Shown here in pieces: positions 1-9,379 of a stretch of 29,320 nt of DNA. The stretch lies in IMG/VR virus record IMGVR_UViG_3300017778_005390, positions 1 through 29,320 of that record; one strand, given 5' to 3'. The notes under the pieces are model-generated. The model was not told the origin of the DNA and made no database searches. It was given only the letters and a program-made list of their open reading frames with translations. A program made the translations under genes and the position numbers. Source of the DNA: a virus. Lineage: Duplodnaviria > Caudoviricetes. Position 1 is the stretch's first letter, and every line of letters begins with the position of its first letter.

Positions 1-1
1 T

Positions 2-1417
2 GAGATAGATGATACCCCGGGTAATGAAAGATTGCATGTATATCATAAATCTGGTACCTATATTGAAATAGATGCTAACGGCTCGGTAGTAAAAAGAACT
101 AAGGGTTCCAGTTATGAAATAATTGACTGTAACGGTAAGATAGCCATACTAGGTAAAGCAGATATTTCTGTTAATGGGGCATGTAATATATTTGTAGGTA
201 ATGATTGTAATATGGAAGTTATTGGTGATGTTAATCTTACTTGCCATAACGACATTACTGCCCAGGCCGGGGGCCGGATAGATCTCTCTGCAAAAGAAGA
301 AATTAATATTCACTCAGCAAATATTAATATTGAAGCTGATAATTTAATGAGCATATTAGCTGATGGGGAAATGCGAGTACTATCTGGTAATGCTATTCAC
401 ATGATTGCTAATACCTCTGCTTACGTAAATGCTAAAGTAAACATGCATCTTTCTGCTAACGTAGAGTTGATGTTGCTTGCTCAAGAGGATATAGGTCTGG
501 TTTCTACCAAGAATATAAAAATGAAGTCTGGTGAGAATACTGATATTAAAGCAGGGGGTAATTTTAACGTGGATGGAGCGGAAGTACATCTTAATTCAGA
601 TAATGCTACCGATGCTAATACTGCTAGTTATGCAAGTATTGCATCAGTTTCTAATATTGGTCTATTAGAAGGTAGATTATATGCTGACCCTGTAGAGATT
701 ACAGACCCTGAACCCATTCGTTATGATTCTAGATATACCGAACGCGGGGAAGGGTATGAACCTTCTCAGGAAGAACTTAATAAGCAAAAAGATCTATTGA
801 TTACCTCTGGTATTGCTACAAAGGATGAACTAGAAGATCCAAATCCAATTACTATTGAAGAGAGCTCTCCAACAAGCACTCAGGGTAATATTGTTTTACC
901 AGATGTAGGGCTTCTAAAGGTTACAAGTCTTCCCGGTAATTATAAACTATCTCCAAATTATACTTTGGATAATATGTGGAAAACTGTTGCCGTAAGTCCC
1001 GGTAAGCACCCCATTCAAGCCCAGGCCGGGTTAACATACGGGCAGATAGTATATAACCTACAAGCCCTTGCTCTAAATATACTTGAGCCAGTAAAAGCAT
1101 TATACCCTAAAATGGTTATTACTTCCTGCTTCAGGCACGTACAAGATAATCCAAAATCTGCCCATCCGGCCGGTCTTGCCGTAGATATGCAATTTCCAGG
1201 GGTATCCAAGTCTGAGTATTTTGAGATTGCTAAAAAACTTGCCCAAGTATTATCTTATGATCAAATACTGCTCGAATATTGGGTACAGGCCAGCAACCCA
1301 TGGATACATATCGGGATGGGGCCTTCTGGTCAATTTAACCCAGCGTCGCAAAGAAAAGTGGCATGGACGTTTAGAGACCATGCCCTCTATAAACAAAATC
1401 TAGTAAATTTAGCATAA
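2..1417 (+). CDS. gp5: Baseplate central spike (T4 gp5-like), 5'-truncated; beta-helix repeats followed by a C-terminal peptidase M15-like Zn domain
   Basis: The frame is open from base 2 (EIDDTPGNERLHVYHKSGTYIEIDANG, a typical gp5/VgrG pre-helix motif), so the TTG at 32 is not the true start. ~8-residue beta-helix repeats follow. The C-terminus carries ITSCFR...SAH..G.AVD...DQILLE...WIHI. It lies just upstream of the PAAR and gp25 genes. Confidence 0.9.
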   Translation, partial: EIDDTPGNERLHVYHKSGTYIEIDANGSVVKRTKGSSYEIIDCNGKIAILGKADISVNGACNIFVGNDCNMEVIGDVNLTCHNDITAQAGGRIDLSAKEEINIHSANINIEADNLMSILADGEMRVLSGNAIHMIANTSAYVNAKVNMHLSANVELMLLAQEDIGLVSTKNIKMKSGENTDIKAGGNFNVDGAEVHLNSDNATDANTASYASIASVSNIGLLEGRLYADPVEITDPEPIRYDSRYTERGEGYEPSQEELNKQKDLLITSGIATKDELEDPNPITIEESSPTSTQGNIVLPDVGLLKVTSLPGNYKLSPNYTLDNMWKTVAVSPGKHPIQAQAGLTYGQIVYNLQALALNILEPVKALYPKMVITSCFRHVQDNPKSAHPAGLAVDMQFPGVSKSEYFEIAKKLAQVLSYDQILLEYWVQASNPWIHIGMGPSGQFNPASQRKVAWTFRDHALYKQNLVNLA

Positions 1418-2070
1418 TGGCATTAATACTTACAAGTAATATTGGGGGAATTCCTGATCCTTATGTAGGATTAGATGGGGTGACTGAAGCATTAACTTTT
1501 CCTAACGCTGCGATTGATGACCAAGATTTTAATGATCGTATAATCCTTACTCCTGATCCGTACGTATCAGTAGTAAGCTCAGATTTAGTAGGTTCCAGGT
1601 CCTCCATTACACCCTCGTACATCCCACAAAGTACCATCTCAGGAGGTAGTACATTAAACATTACATACGAGCAAGCTAGCATTGGCTCAGTATCCTTCGG
1701 TGGCAGTATCCAGGGCACTGGAGGTCCAGACCCCAAATCGACAGGGTTTCTAGCTTTTAGTATGAAACTTAGGGGTACTTTTTTTACCGATAAGTACATG
1801 GAATATAAAGATCGTAGTAACGGTAACGCAATCGTGCGAGTTACAAGTTTTGATGATGTACCGTCTCAGAATGCAGAAATATATTTGTTTAAACCATCAT
1901 TTATTAAGTATGTCTTCTACACATATACTGTCAAAGTAGAGTACTTAACTAGCTCAAATACTATAGTAACTGTTCAATATACAGTATTAAAAAGAGTGTT
2001 AAATGATTGGGACGCAGATAGAGTCGCATTAAAAGCAAAGGTAGCAGCCCAAAATGCCAGCAGTAACTAG
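1417..2070 (+). CDS. Hypothetical protein, probably baseplate-associated
   Basis: 217-aa ORF with TAATG coupling to gp5 and overlap with the PAAR gene. No motif recognised. Confidence 0.7.
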   Translation: MALILTSNIGGIPDPYVGLDGVTEALTFPNAAIDDQDFNDRIILTPDPYVSVVSSDLVGSRSSITPSYIPQSTISGGSTLNITYEQASIGSVSFGGSIQGTGGPDPKSTGFLAFSMKLRGTFFTDKYMEYKDRSNGNAIVRVTSFDDVPSQNAEIYLFKPSFIKYVFYTYTVKVEYLTSSNTIVTVQYTVLKRVLNDWDADRVALKAKVAAQNASSN

Positions 2071-2356
2071 AGTAGGGGATCTATCAACTGGGCATGAAGG
2101 CTACCCACCTTCGGCAGTTACAACTCCAAATAATAGTACGGTTTATGCTAATGGAATTTTAGTTGCCGTTAAAGGTGGTAGTTTTGCCACTCACACCAAA
2201 CCCAAGAGTCCCACCCACTTTGAAGGCGCTGAGAGGCTTATAACAGGCGGAAGCGAAACGGTATTCGTTGAAAATGAAAAGGTTACTAGAATTGGGGATG
2301 ATATAGCGGACGGGGATGCAAGCGCTCAAGGTTCTCCTAATGTCTTTGCAGGATGA
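2054..2356 (+). CDS. gp5.4: PAAR-repeat spike tip protein (gp5.4-like)
   Basis: MPAVTRVGD..TGH, GSETVFVE..KVTRIGD and GSPNVFAG are PAAR hallmarks. Located near gp5. Confidence 0.92.
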   Translation: MPAVTRVGDLSTGHEGYPPSAVTTPNNSTVYANGILVAVKGGSFATHTKPKSPTHFEGAERLITGGSETVFVENEKVTRIGDDIADGDASAQGSPNVFAG

Positions 2357-2358
2357 GG

Positions 2359-2366
2359 TATAAATA
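2359..2366 (+). promoter_or_regulatory. T4-type late promoter box TATAAATA
   Basis: Exact T4 late (gp55) consensus in the short gap before gp25, only 4 nt upstream of the ATG. Confidence 0.7.
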
Positions 2367-2370
2367 ATAA

Positions 2371-2769
2371 ATGGAAATAAACAGAAAAACTAGGCAGTAC
2401 TCGGATCTGAACTTACTCTTTACCACCCATCCTACTACTGCTGACATTACAAAAAAAATCGATGAAGAGGCGGTTAAAGCTTCTATTAGAAATTTAATTT
2501 CTACACGAAATTATGAAAGACCATTTCACCCCGAAATAGGGTGTCAGATATTTTCATTGCTTTTTGAAAACTTTAATCCCATCACCACCCAGGTGATGAA
2601 GAACACTATTCGAGATGTAATACAAAAATACGAGCCAAGAGTTAAATTACTAGATGTTAGCATCGCAGATAGATCTGATAACAACGAAATACAAATCGAA
2701 GTTTTTTTTAAGCTTATTAACTCTGAAAAGCCAATTACCCTAACATCTATAATAAGTAGAGTACGATAA
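2371..2769 (+). CDS. gp25: Baseplate wedge subunit / sheath initiator (gp25)
   Basis: YSDLNL.F..HP, AVKASIRNLI.T..YERPFHPEIG, LLFE and I.KYEPRV are gp25 motifs. Confidence 0.95.
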   Translation: MEINRKTRQYSDLNLLFTTHPTTADITKKIDEEAVKASIRNLISTRNYERPFHPEIGCQIFSLLFENFNPITTQVMKNTIRDVIQKYEPRVKLLDVSIADRSDNNEIQIEVFFKLINSEKPITLTSIISRVR

Positions 2770-4613
2770 TGTCTAATTTAAGAATCGCCGAGCTTGATTT
2801 TGATCAGATCAAACAAAATTTAAAAGAGTTTTTAAAAGCTCAAGATGAGTTTACTGATTATGACTTTGAAGGGTCAGGGCTATCGGTATTGTTAGATATA
2901 CTAGCATATAACACCCACTATAATGCATACTTGGCCAACATGCTAATGAATGAGATGTTTTTAGATTCTGCAGTAAAAAGATCGTCTGTAGTTTCACTTG
3001 CAAAGCATCTAGGTTACACACCAAGATCGGTCAGAGGATCAACCGCAGTCTTAGACATTAGTGTAAACAACCCTACCGGATCACCAGTGACTCTTACCCT
3101 GGATAGATATACGCCATTTTCTACAATTACTCCAGTTGGTACATTTCAATTTTATACTTTAGAACCAGCTGTAGCTTCCCCAGTAGGTACAACTTATACG
3201 TTTAATGATATTACAGTAAAACAAGGTACCTTACTTGGATATAATTTTAATGTAGTGACACCTGGCCCTGACGAGAAGTATGAGATACCAAATTTAGATA
3301 CTGATACAACTACTATATTAGTTACTGTTCAGAAGTCAGCCTCCGATCTTACTACTGAAACCTATACCCTCTCAACCGGTATAATTGATATCGATGAGAC
3401 ATCAAAGGTGTATTTTATTGAAGAAAATACTCGCGGGTATTATCAATTATTTTTTGGCGATGGGGTTTTAGGTAAGAAGCTTGAGACTGGTAATATAATA
3501 CGGATCCAATATCTTATTGCTGCTGGATCAGATTCAAATACATCCTCATCTTATGAGCAATCTTTTACTTCTGAAAATGCAATAGGTGGATCTTCTAATA
3601 TAACTATTAATACAGTTTCGAATGCAACCGGTGGCGCTATAAAAGAAACTATTGCGTCTATACGGTATAATGCTCCAAGATCAATCAACACACAAAATCG
3701 TGTTATAACTCAGACAGACTACGAGACGCTCATTACATCAAATTACGCTGATGTAGAATCGGTGGCGGTTTGGGGTGGTGAGGAAAACGATCCACCAGAA
3801 TACGGGCGGGTATTCATATCTTTAAAACCTTATACTGGGTTTACAGTAAATGCAGCATTGGTAGAAGAAATTAAAAACACTTTACTAAGACCTAGACAAG
3901 TAGTTACTGTAAAACCTATTTTCGTTGACCCGGATTATTTACATGTAGGGTTATCGGTAAGTGTACAGTTTAATAAAAACTTAACCACAATATCTTCAAG
4001 CTACATTGAACAGCAAGTAAGATCTGCAATAACGAATTACTTCTCCAATAATCTTCAGCAATTTGAAAAAGATTTTTATTATTCTAAACTAACCAATACC
4101 ATTACAGCTGTCAATGAGTCTATCGTCAGCGTACTAGCAGAAATTACTATTCAAAAAAGACTAGAACCAGTACTGAATGTTGTAAATACTTTTACCGGAG
4201 TTGATAAACTCAAGTTTTCAAATAAACTTCACCCCGGTGAAATTGCCTCTACAAGATTTTTTACAACTAAAAACAATCAATTATACCATGTTCGTATTAC
4301 CGATACCCCCGATGTAATGCCCCCGTCTTACGATGGTACTGGGACTCTAAAAATGTATACAGTAGATGACTCTAATGAATTTATCGGAGACGTGGGTACA
4401 GTTAATTATGCAACTGGAGATATAAACCTAACCAGTATCTTGGTTACCGGGTACAGTGAGGATCAGTTTGATTTAAGAATTAACGCTGCTGTTCAAGAAA
4501 ATAGCTACAACATTCTTGCCTCTAAAAATCAAGTTATAGTATTAGATAATAGTACTGGTAATGTTGTAAGTGATAGGGTTCAGGGATTAACAATTAGCGT
4601 GGCTGCAATATAA
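2769..4613 (+). CDS. gp6: Baseplate wedge subunit gp6
   Basis: LDFDQIK.NLK.FL..Q.EFTDYDFEGSGLS.LLD.LAYNTHY, FLDSA..RSSVVS.AK.LGY.P, FFGDG, Q.R.IT..DY and WGGEEN.PP.YG.VFIS. Confidence 0.96.
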   Translation: MSNLRIAELDFDQIKQNLKEFLKAQDEFTDYDFEGSGLSVLLDILAYNTHYNAYLANMLMNEMFLDSAVKRSSVVSLAKHLGYTPRSVRGSTAVLDISVNNPTGSPVTLTLDRYTPFSTITPVGTFQFYTLEPAVASPVGTTYTFNDITVKQGTLLGYNFNVVTPGPDEKYEIPNLDTDTTTILVTVQKSASDLTTETYTLSTGIIDIDETSKVYFIEENTRGYYQLFFGDGVLGKKLETGNIIRIQYLIAAGSDSNTSSSYEQSFTSENAIGGSSNITINTVSNATGGAIKETIASIRYNAPRSINTQNRVITQTDYETLITSNYADVESVAVWGGEENDPPEYGRVFISLKPYTGFTVNAALVEEIKNTLLRPRQVVTVKPIFVDPDYLHVGLSVSVQFNKNLTTISSSYIEQQVRSAITNYFSNNLQQFEKDFYYSKLTNTITAVNESIVSVLAEITIQKRLEPVLNVVNTFTGVDKLKFSNKLHPGEIASTRFFTTKNNQLYHVRITDTPDVMPPSYDGTGTLKMYTVDDSNEFIGDVGTVNYATGDINLTSILVTGYSEDQFDLRINAAVQENSYNILASKNQVIVLDNSTGNVVSDRVQGLTISVAAI

Positions 4614-6289
4614 TGCCTACAACTCGTCTTTTAGAAAAACTCTCACCCCTGGTAGCAAGCCAGCTACCGGAGCACATACGGGATAATGACCCTGTTTTTG
4701 TACGCTTTCTTGAAGCGTATTATGAATTTCTTGAGCAAGATCAGGGACCTCAAGAGGTTATACAAAACGCACTTCTTTATAACGACATTGATACAACAAT
4801 TAGTCTTTTTATTGAGAATTTTTTAAAGCAATATGGTTCAAGTATACCTAGAGAAATTGCTGCGAATAAAAATCTTGTAATCAAAAAAATAAAGGACTTA
4901 TATAATTCTAAGGGCGGTGAAAAATCCTACGACTTATTACTGCAATTACTTTTTGCACAGACCCCAGATTACTTTTATCCATATGACCAAGTTCTAAAGA
5001 CCTCTGCAGGTACCTGGTCACAAGAGGTATCTATTTTTGTTGAAACTATTTATGGCGACCCTGCAACTATAGTAGACAAGCTTTGTAGCGTGGTTTCCAC
5101 AACAAAGCAAACTGTTGTAAAAATATTAAGAAAAAATTCAGTAGAAACCATATTTAATAGTCAGTTTGTAGTAAGTAATGACATATATGAATTTATTATA
5201 GATAATTCTTTAAATGCTAATATAGTTGTTGGTGATACGATACAAACAGATACCTTTAAAGGGGTTGTAGTACAGATCCCTACAGTAGCCCAGATTGTTA
5301 ACGCAGGTACAGGATTCAGAGTTGGAGATATTTTAGACGTTAATATATCGGATGGAATAGGTACGCGTCTAAAAGTTATTAAAGTTAATACTGATTCAAG
5401 TATAAAAAACGTTCAGTTTTTGAGTTATGGTGTAAATTACCCTAGTGATTTTTTTATAACTTTTTCAGCAGAAACTAGAGCCGCGGCTACCACTGCTTTT
5501 AATAGTATTGGTAGTAATGTTATACTTACAGACACCTTTGGTCGTTTCATTGATGAGGGTACTATTAACACAGTAGATTATGCCCCGGATGCTTTTGATG
5601 GCTCCTATGCTGGTGAGATATTAAGAACGTTTATATATGATTCTTCTACTGCTGTAATTGGTACAAGCAGTGATGCGATAGTTAGAATTTCAAGCGGTGC
5701 AAAAGCCTTTTATCCAGGATATTATAAAGATACTGGAGGGTTTATAAGCGATGATTATTATCTACAAGATAGGGATTACTATCAACCGTACGCATATGTT
5801 TTAAAAATTGAGCAACAGCTTAAGGCTTATAAACAAGCTGTATTAGAACTACTACACCCTGCAGGTATGAAGTTGCACGGGGAGTATGCTATAGTAAACA
5901 CTATTACCTCACTTGCTAATATTACTACCAGAGTAGGCTTTAGTATTAACGATATCTTGGATTCTTTTGGTGTTACAGATGAAAATGCTATCGCTCAGTC
6001 ATATACAAAGAATTTATCCAATAACGTTATTCTAAGTGAAATAATTGGAATAACCTTTAGTTTACCAGTAGAAGAAGCTATTGCTGCGTTAGATGAAGCT
6101 ACCAGCATATTAATTTCCCCCGCTGTATCGGAGGATCTTTCTAATGAGGACTCTGATTCAAAAGATATCACATCGGTAATGCTACAGCCTGATTACGGCT
6201 TTGAATATTTTAGTGAATTATACACTGAAGGATCACCATTTGATTCCTTCTTTATAACCGATGAAATTACTATCGAAGTCAATCCATGA
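4613..6289 (+). CDS. gp7: Baseplate wedge initiator gp7-like
   Basis: QLP..I....P.FV.FL.AYYEFLE, IKDLY.SKG...SY..L and LQD.DYYQ.Y.YVLK...HPAGMK. Directly follows gp6 via TAATG. Confidence 0.85.
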   Translation: MPTTRLLEKLSPLVASQLPEHIRDNDPVFVRFLEAYYEFLEQDQGPQEVIQNALLYNDIDTTISLFIENFLKQYGSSIPREIAANKNLVIKKIKDLYNSKGGEKSYDLLLQLLFAQTPDYFYPYDQVLKTSAGTWSQEVSIFVETIYGDPATIVDKLCSVVSTTKQTVVKILRKNSVETIFNSQFVVSNDIYEFIIDNSLNANIVVGDTIQTDTFKGVVVQIPTVAQIVNAGTGFRVGDILDVNISDGIGTRLKVIKVNTDSSIKNVQFLSYGVNYPSDFFITFSAETRAAATTAFNSIGSNVILTDTFGRFIDEGTINTVDYAPDAFDGSYAGEILRTFIYDSSTAVIGTSSDAIVRISSGAKAFYPGYYKDTGGFISDDYYLQDRDYYQPYAYVLKIEQQLKAYKQAVLELLHPAGMKLHGEYAIVNTITSLANITTRVGFSINDILDSFGVTDENAIAQSYTKNLSNNVILSEIIGITFSLPVEEAIAALDEATSILISPAVSEDLSNEDSDSKDITSVMLQPDYGFEYFSELYTEGSPFDSFFITDEITIEVNP

Positions 6290-6291
6290 TG

Positions 6292-6299
6292 GATAAATA
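6292..6299 (+). promoter_or_regulatory. Late promoter-like box GATAAATA
   Basis: One mismatch to TATAAATA, in the intergenic gap, followed by an AGGAG Shine-Dalgarno and the ATG at 6329. Confidence 0.55.
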
Positions 6300-6328
6300 A
6301 CATATAACTACTAATCTAGGAGAATTAA

Positions 6329-6784
6329 ATGAAAGATTATTCTGATACATTATCCGTAAAGGGTGATGTAATCATTATTAGAACCGATGAACAGGGCAAC
6401 CAAGAAAAGAGAGAGATAAAAAATCTTGTGGTGGCTACTGGTAAGACCTTTATTACCAATCGTATGTCGGCCAATACTGTAAACATTATGTCACGTATGG
6501 CAGTAGGAACGGGCTCTTCAGCAGCAACTTCCGGTGATACAGCCCTAGGATCCGCCCTTGCCAACGTAGCCCTCTCGGTAACAGGTGGTGCCCCGTCTTC
6601 TAATACTATTACATATTCTGCAACATTCCCAGCAGGCACCGGTACAGGTGCTCTTACTGAGGCAGCTATATTTAATAATGCTAATATTAGCGCCGGAACT
6701 ATGCTTTGCAGAACTGTTTTCCCAGTTATTAATAAACAGGCAGCCGACTCCATCGCTATATCCTGGGTAATCTCGATCACATAA
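6329..6784 (+). CDS. Small virion structural protein (baseplate/tail-associated beta protein)
   Basis: Strong SD (AGGAG). The pattern NLVV..GK......R, MAVGTG, TGALTEAAIFN, MLCRTVF.VINK is common in phage tail and baseplate modules. Lies between gp7 and gp8. Confidence 0.75.
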   Translation: MKDYSDTLSVKGDVIIIRTDEQGNQEKREIKNLVVATGKTFITNRMSANTVNIMSRMAVGTGSSAATSGDTALGSALANVALSVTGGAPSSNTITYSATFPAGTGTGALTEAAIFNNANISAGTMLCRTVFPVINKQAADSIAISWVISIT

Positions 6785-6788
6785 TTAA

Positions 6789-9368
6789 ATGGCTATTTCT
6801 AATATCACGATTAATCCTCTGCTGCATACCGGTATTGCTGAGGCTGTATTTAACGAAATTTCTACCCGCAGTAGTCGTTATTTCTATTTCCTAGGTCGTA
6901 CACTTGAGTGGTACGATGAACTAACCCCACCGAAAGCAATTGGTCATTTAGTTAGCGAGAAAGAAATTCGTCGAGATATTATTCTTTTAAAAGAAGTTAA
7001 ACCTAATGATGTTTCTTTTATTATTCCAAGATATGATTGGTCGTCTAATGTTGTTTACGATATGTTTGATGACCGACTTGGGGACGGGCTTATTGGGGTT
7101 AATATTGTAAGCGGGGGTTCTAATTACACCGCCAACGTCAGTGCGACTGTAACTGGTGGTGGAGGTTCAGGAGCGGTAGTTAGTCCGACAACTGCTAATG
7201 GTATAATAACTGGATTTACTGTAGATTTTGAAGGATCAGGCTATAATACCGCCCCCACCATTACTATCACGGATTCTGTTGGAACAGGGGCTGCCGTTTC
7301 AGGAGTAATTGCTAAGTCCTATTCTGGTGCTCAATCCTTAGAAGAGTCTCAATTTTATGTTATAACCGATGATTACAATATCTATAAGTGTTTAGATAAT
7401 AATGATAATTCCTTATCTACAGTTAAGCCGGCTGATGTAAGCGTTAACCCATTTACCCTTGCTGATGGTTACAGATGGAAATATATGGCAACCATACAGC
7501 CTGGTAAACGTAATAAGTTCTTAACAGAAGATTATATACCAGTAACTACGTCAGTAAACTCCAAATATTACGGTAGAGGTACTATTAAGAATGTACGTAT
7601 TGATAATACCGGGGATAATTATACGTTTGCGTCTATACAGATAGACGGAGACGGGTATTTAGAAGAAGACCCAGTTTACATCATTCAAGCTGTAATTGCT
7701 AATAGTGGCAATAATTATACAGCAGCAAATATCATAATAGATCCACCTGTATCCTATTCTACCAGCTGGAGTAATAATACCCCGGTATTTTCGGGAGTGA
7801 GGATAGAGCACGAAGATAACATATATGAGATTGTTATCCCGGGTAGTACAGGGGCAAGTGGACCGGTTCATACAGTCGGGACTGCCCAGAATGGTAGTGC
7901 TGGGCTTAAGTATCTAGGTACTATTGCAACGGGTAATGTAACTGTTGCAAGTAATATTATTTCCAGTGTGACACTAGATGGTTTAGTTAGAGAAATTAAT
8001 ATTACAGACGGTGGGTCTGGTTATATTGTTGCACCCTCTATCACTGTATCAGGCGGTGGGGGTTCTGGGGCAACCGGGTATGCTGCTGCCTCTGGGGGAA
8101 CTGTAAATAACATATACTTAACTGCCCTAGGTAGAGGGTACACTTCAATACCAACGGTCACAGTTGGTACGCAGTGGGTTGCTAATGCTATAACCACGTT
8201 AAATCAACAGTTATTCTTCAGCGATCGTCTGTATACTGTCACATTAGGTTCGGGTAATGCTAGTACATATCTAGGCTATGTAGCCCCAACACATACAAGC
8301 GGTAATGTAGTCAGTGGTAATGCTACACTAACTCATGCAGGTAATGCTGCAGCTGCAACAGCTGTGCTAAAATATGGTAGTGGGTACAATAGAGCACCTA
8401 ACGTTACAGTTACCGGTAATGGAGGTAATGCTGAGATCGATGCACAGGTAGAGACATCAGAAGCAAGCTTGATACCTAATATTGTAGATGGTAAGATTGT
8501 AAGTGTTACTGTAGAAAACGGCGGTGTGGATTATGCTGAAGTAACCTTAACGGTGGTTGGAGACGGTGCAAATGCTCAACTACAAGCAGACTTATCTGAA
8601 GGAGATCTTTCTTCAATACAGTCTAATACAGAACTACTGGCAAGAGATGGTACTGTTGATGCAATTCGCGTTATATCTAGCGGCGTGGGTTATACTTCAG
8701 CCAACGTTATAATTACCGGGGACGGTACTGGTGCAACTGCTTCTGCAGCAATCGCCGGTGGTAAGATTTATCGCATTAATGTAGTGACGCCCGGGCAAGA
8801 CTATACATTTGCAACTATCAATATATCAGGAGATGGATACGGTGCAGCTGCAAGAGCAATACTACCCCCTAAAGGTGGGCACGGTAAGAATATAATTTAT
8901 GAACTGTACAGTGATGGGTTAATGTTTTATTCTTCTATTACCGGAGAAAAAAATCAAGGGTTTGTTGTTAATAATGATTACCGTCAATTTGGAATTGTAA
9001 AAGATATTTTTAATTATAATGGTAGTAGGTACTTCGTTAATACAGTAGGCTCAACTTGCTGGGTCGTTACAGGATCTGGTATAAACTCTACTTACATTAT
9101 ACCTGATACCATCCTCACATCAACACGCAGTGCATCTTATGTTGTAGTAGCTGTATCAGGATCTACTTTGTTAATAGAATCAAGAGATGACATAGACCCT
9201 GTGATTGGTGATATATTATCTATTGATAATACGTTCCCGTTAGTAGTGACTGGGGTTACCGCACCTGAGGTGGATAAATATTCAGGTAGATTTCTATATT
9301 CCGACAATAGACAAGCATTTACATCAGCCGATCAGTCTATTTCTATAAAAACAGTATTTAAGTATTAA
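6789..9368 (+). CDS. gp8: Baseplate wedge subunit gp8-like, enlarged by repeat insertions
   Basis: YFYFLGR...W, IPRYDW, FYVITDDYNIYKCLDNN, DGYRWKYM, P..GHG, NDYRQFGIV and SG..LY.DNR match gp8. Multiple inserted I..GGSGY...P.ITI.GGGG.GA units. Confidence 0.88.
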   Translation: MAISNITINPLLHTGIAEAVFNEISTRSSRYFYFLGRTLEWYDELTPPKAIGHLVSEKEIRRDIILLKEVKPNDVSFIIPRYDWSSNVVYDMFDDRLGDGLIGVNIVSGGSNYTANVSATVTGGGGSGAVVSPTTANGIITGFTVDFEGSGYNTAPTITITDSVGTGAAVSGVIAKSYSGAQSLEESQFYVITDDYNIYKCLDNNDNSLSTVKPADVSVNPFTLADGYRWKYMATIQPGKRNKFLTEDYIPVTTSVNSKYYGRGTIKNVRIDNTGDNYTFASIQIDGDGYLEEDPVYIIQAVIANSGNNYTAANIIIDPPVSYSTSWSNNTPVFSGVRIEHEDNIYEIVIPGSTGASGPVHTVGTAQNGSAGLKYLGTIATGNVTVASNIISSVTLDGLVREINITDGGSGYIVAPSITVSGGGGSGATGYAAASGGTVNNIYLTALGRGYTSIPTVTVGTQWVANAITTLNQQLFFSDRLYTVTLGSGNASTYLGYVAPTHTSGNVVSGNATLTHAGNAAAATAVLKYGSGYNRAPNVTVTGNGGNAEIDAQVETSEASLIPNIVDGKIVSVTVENGGVDYAEVTLTVVGDGANAQLQADLSEGDLSSIQSNTELLARDGTVDAIRVISSGVGYTSANVIITGDGTGATASAAIAGGKIYRINVVTPGQDYTFATINISGDGYGAAARAILPPKGGHGKNIIYELYSDGLMFYSSITGEKNQGFVVNNDYRQFGIVKDIFNYNGSRYFVNTVGSTCWVVTGSGINSTYIIPDTILTSTRSASYVVVAVSGSTLLIESRDDIDPVIGDILSIDNTFPLVVTGVTAPEVDKYSGRFLYSDNRQAFTSADQSISIKTVFKY

Positions 9369-9379
9369 GCAGGTAAGAC

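Noticed and set aside
1-9368. Bacterial T6SS, eCIS or tailocin locus
   Set aside because: T4-type gp25/gp6/gp7/gp8, the DUF4815 protein and T4 late promoter boxes indicate a T4-like phage genome.
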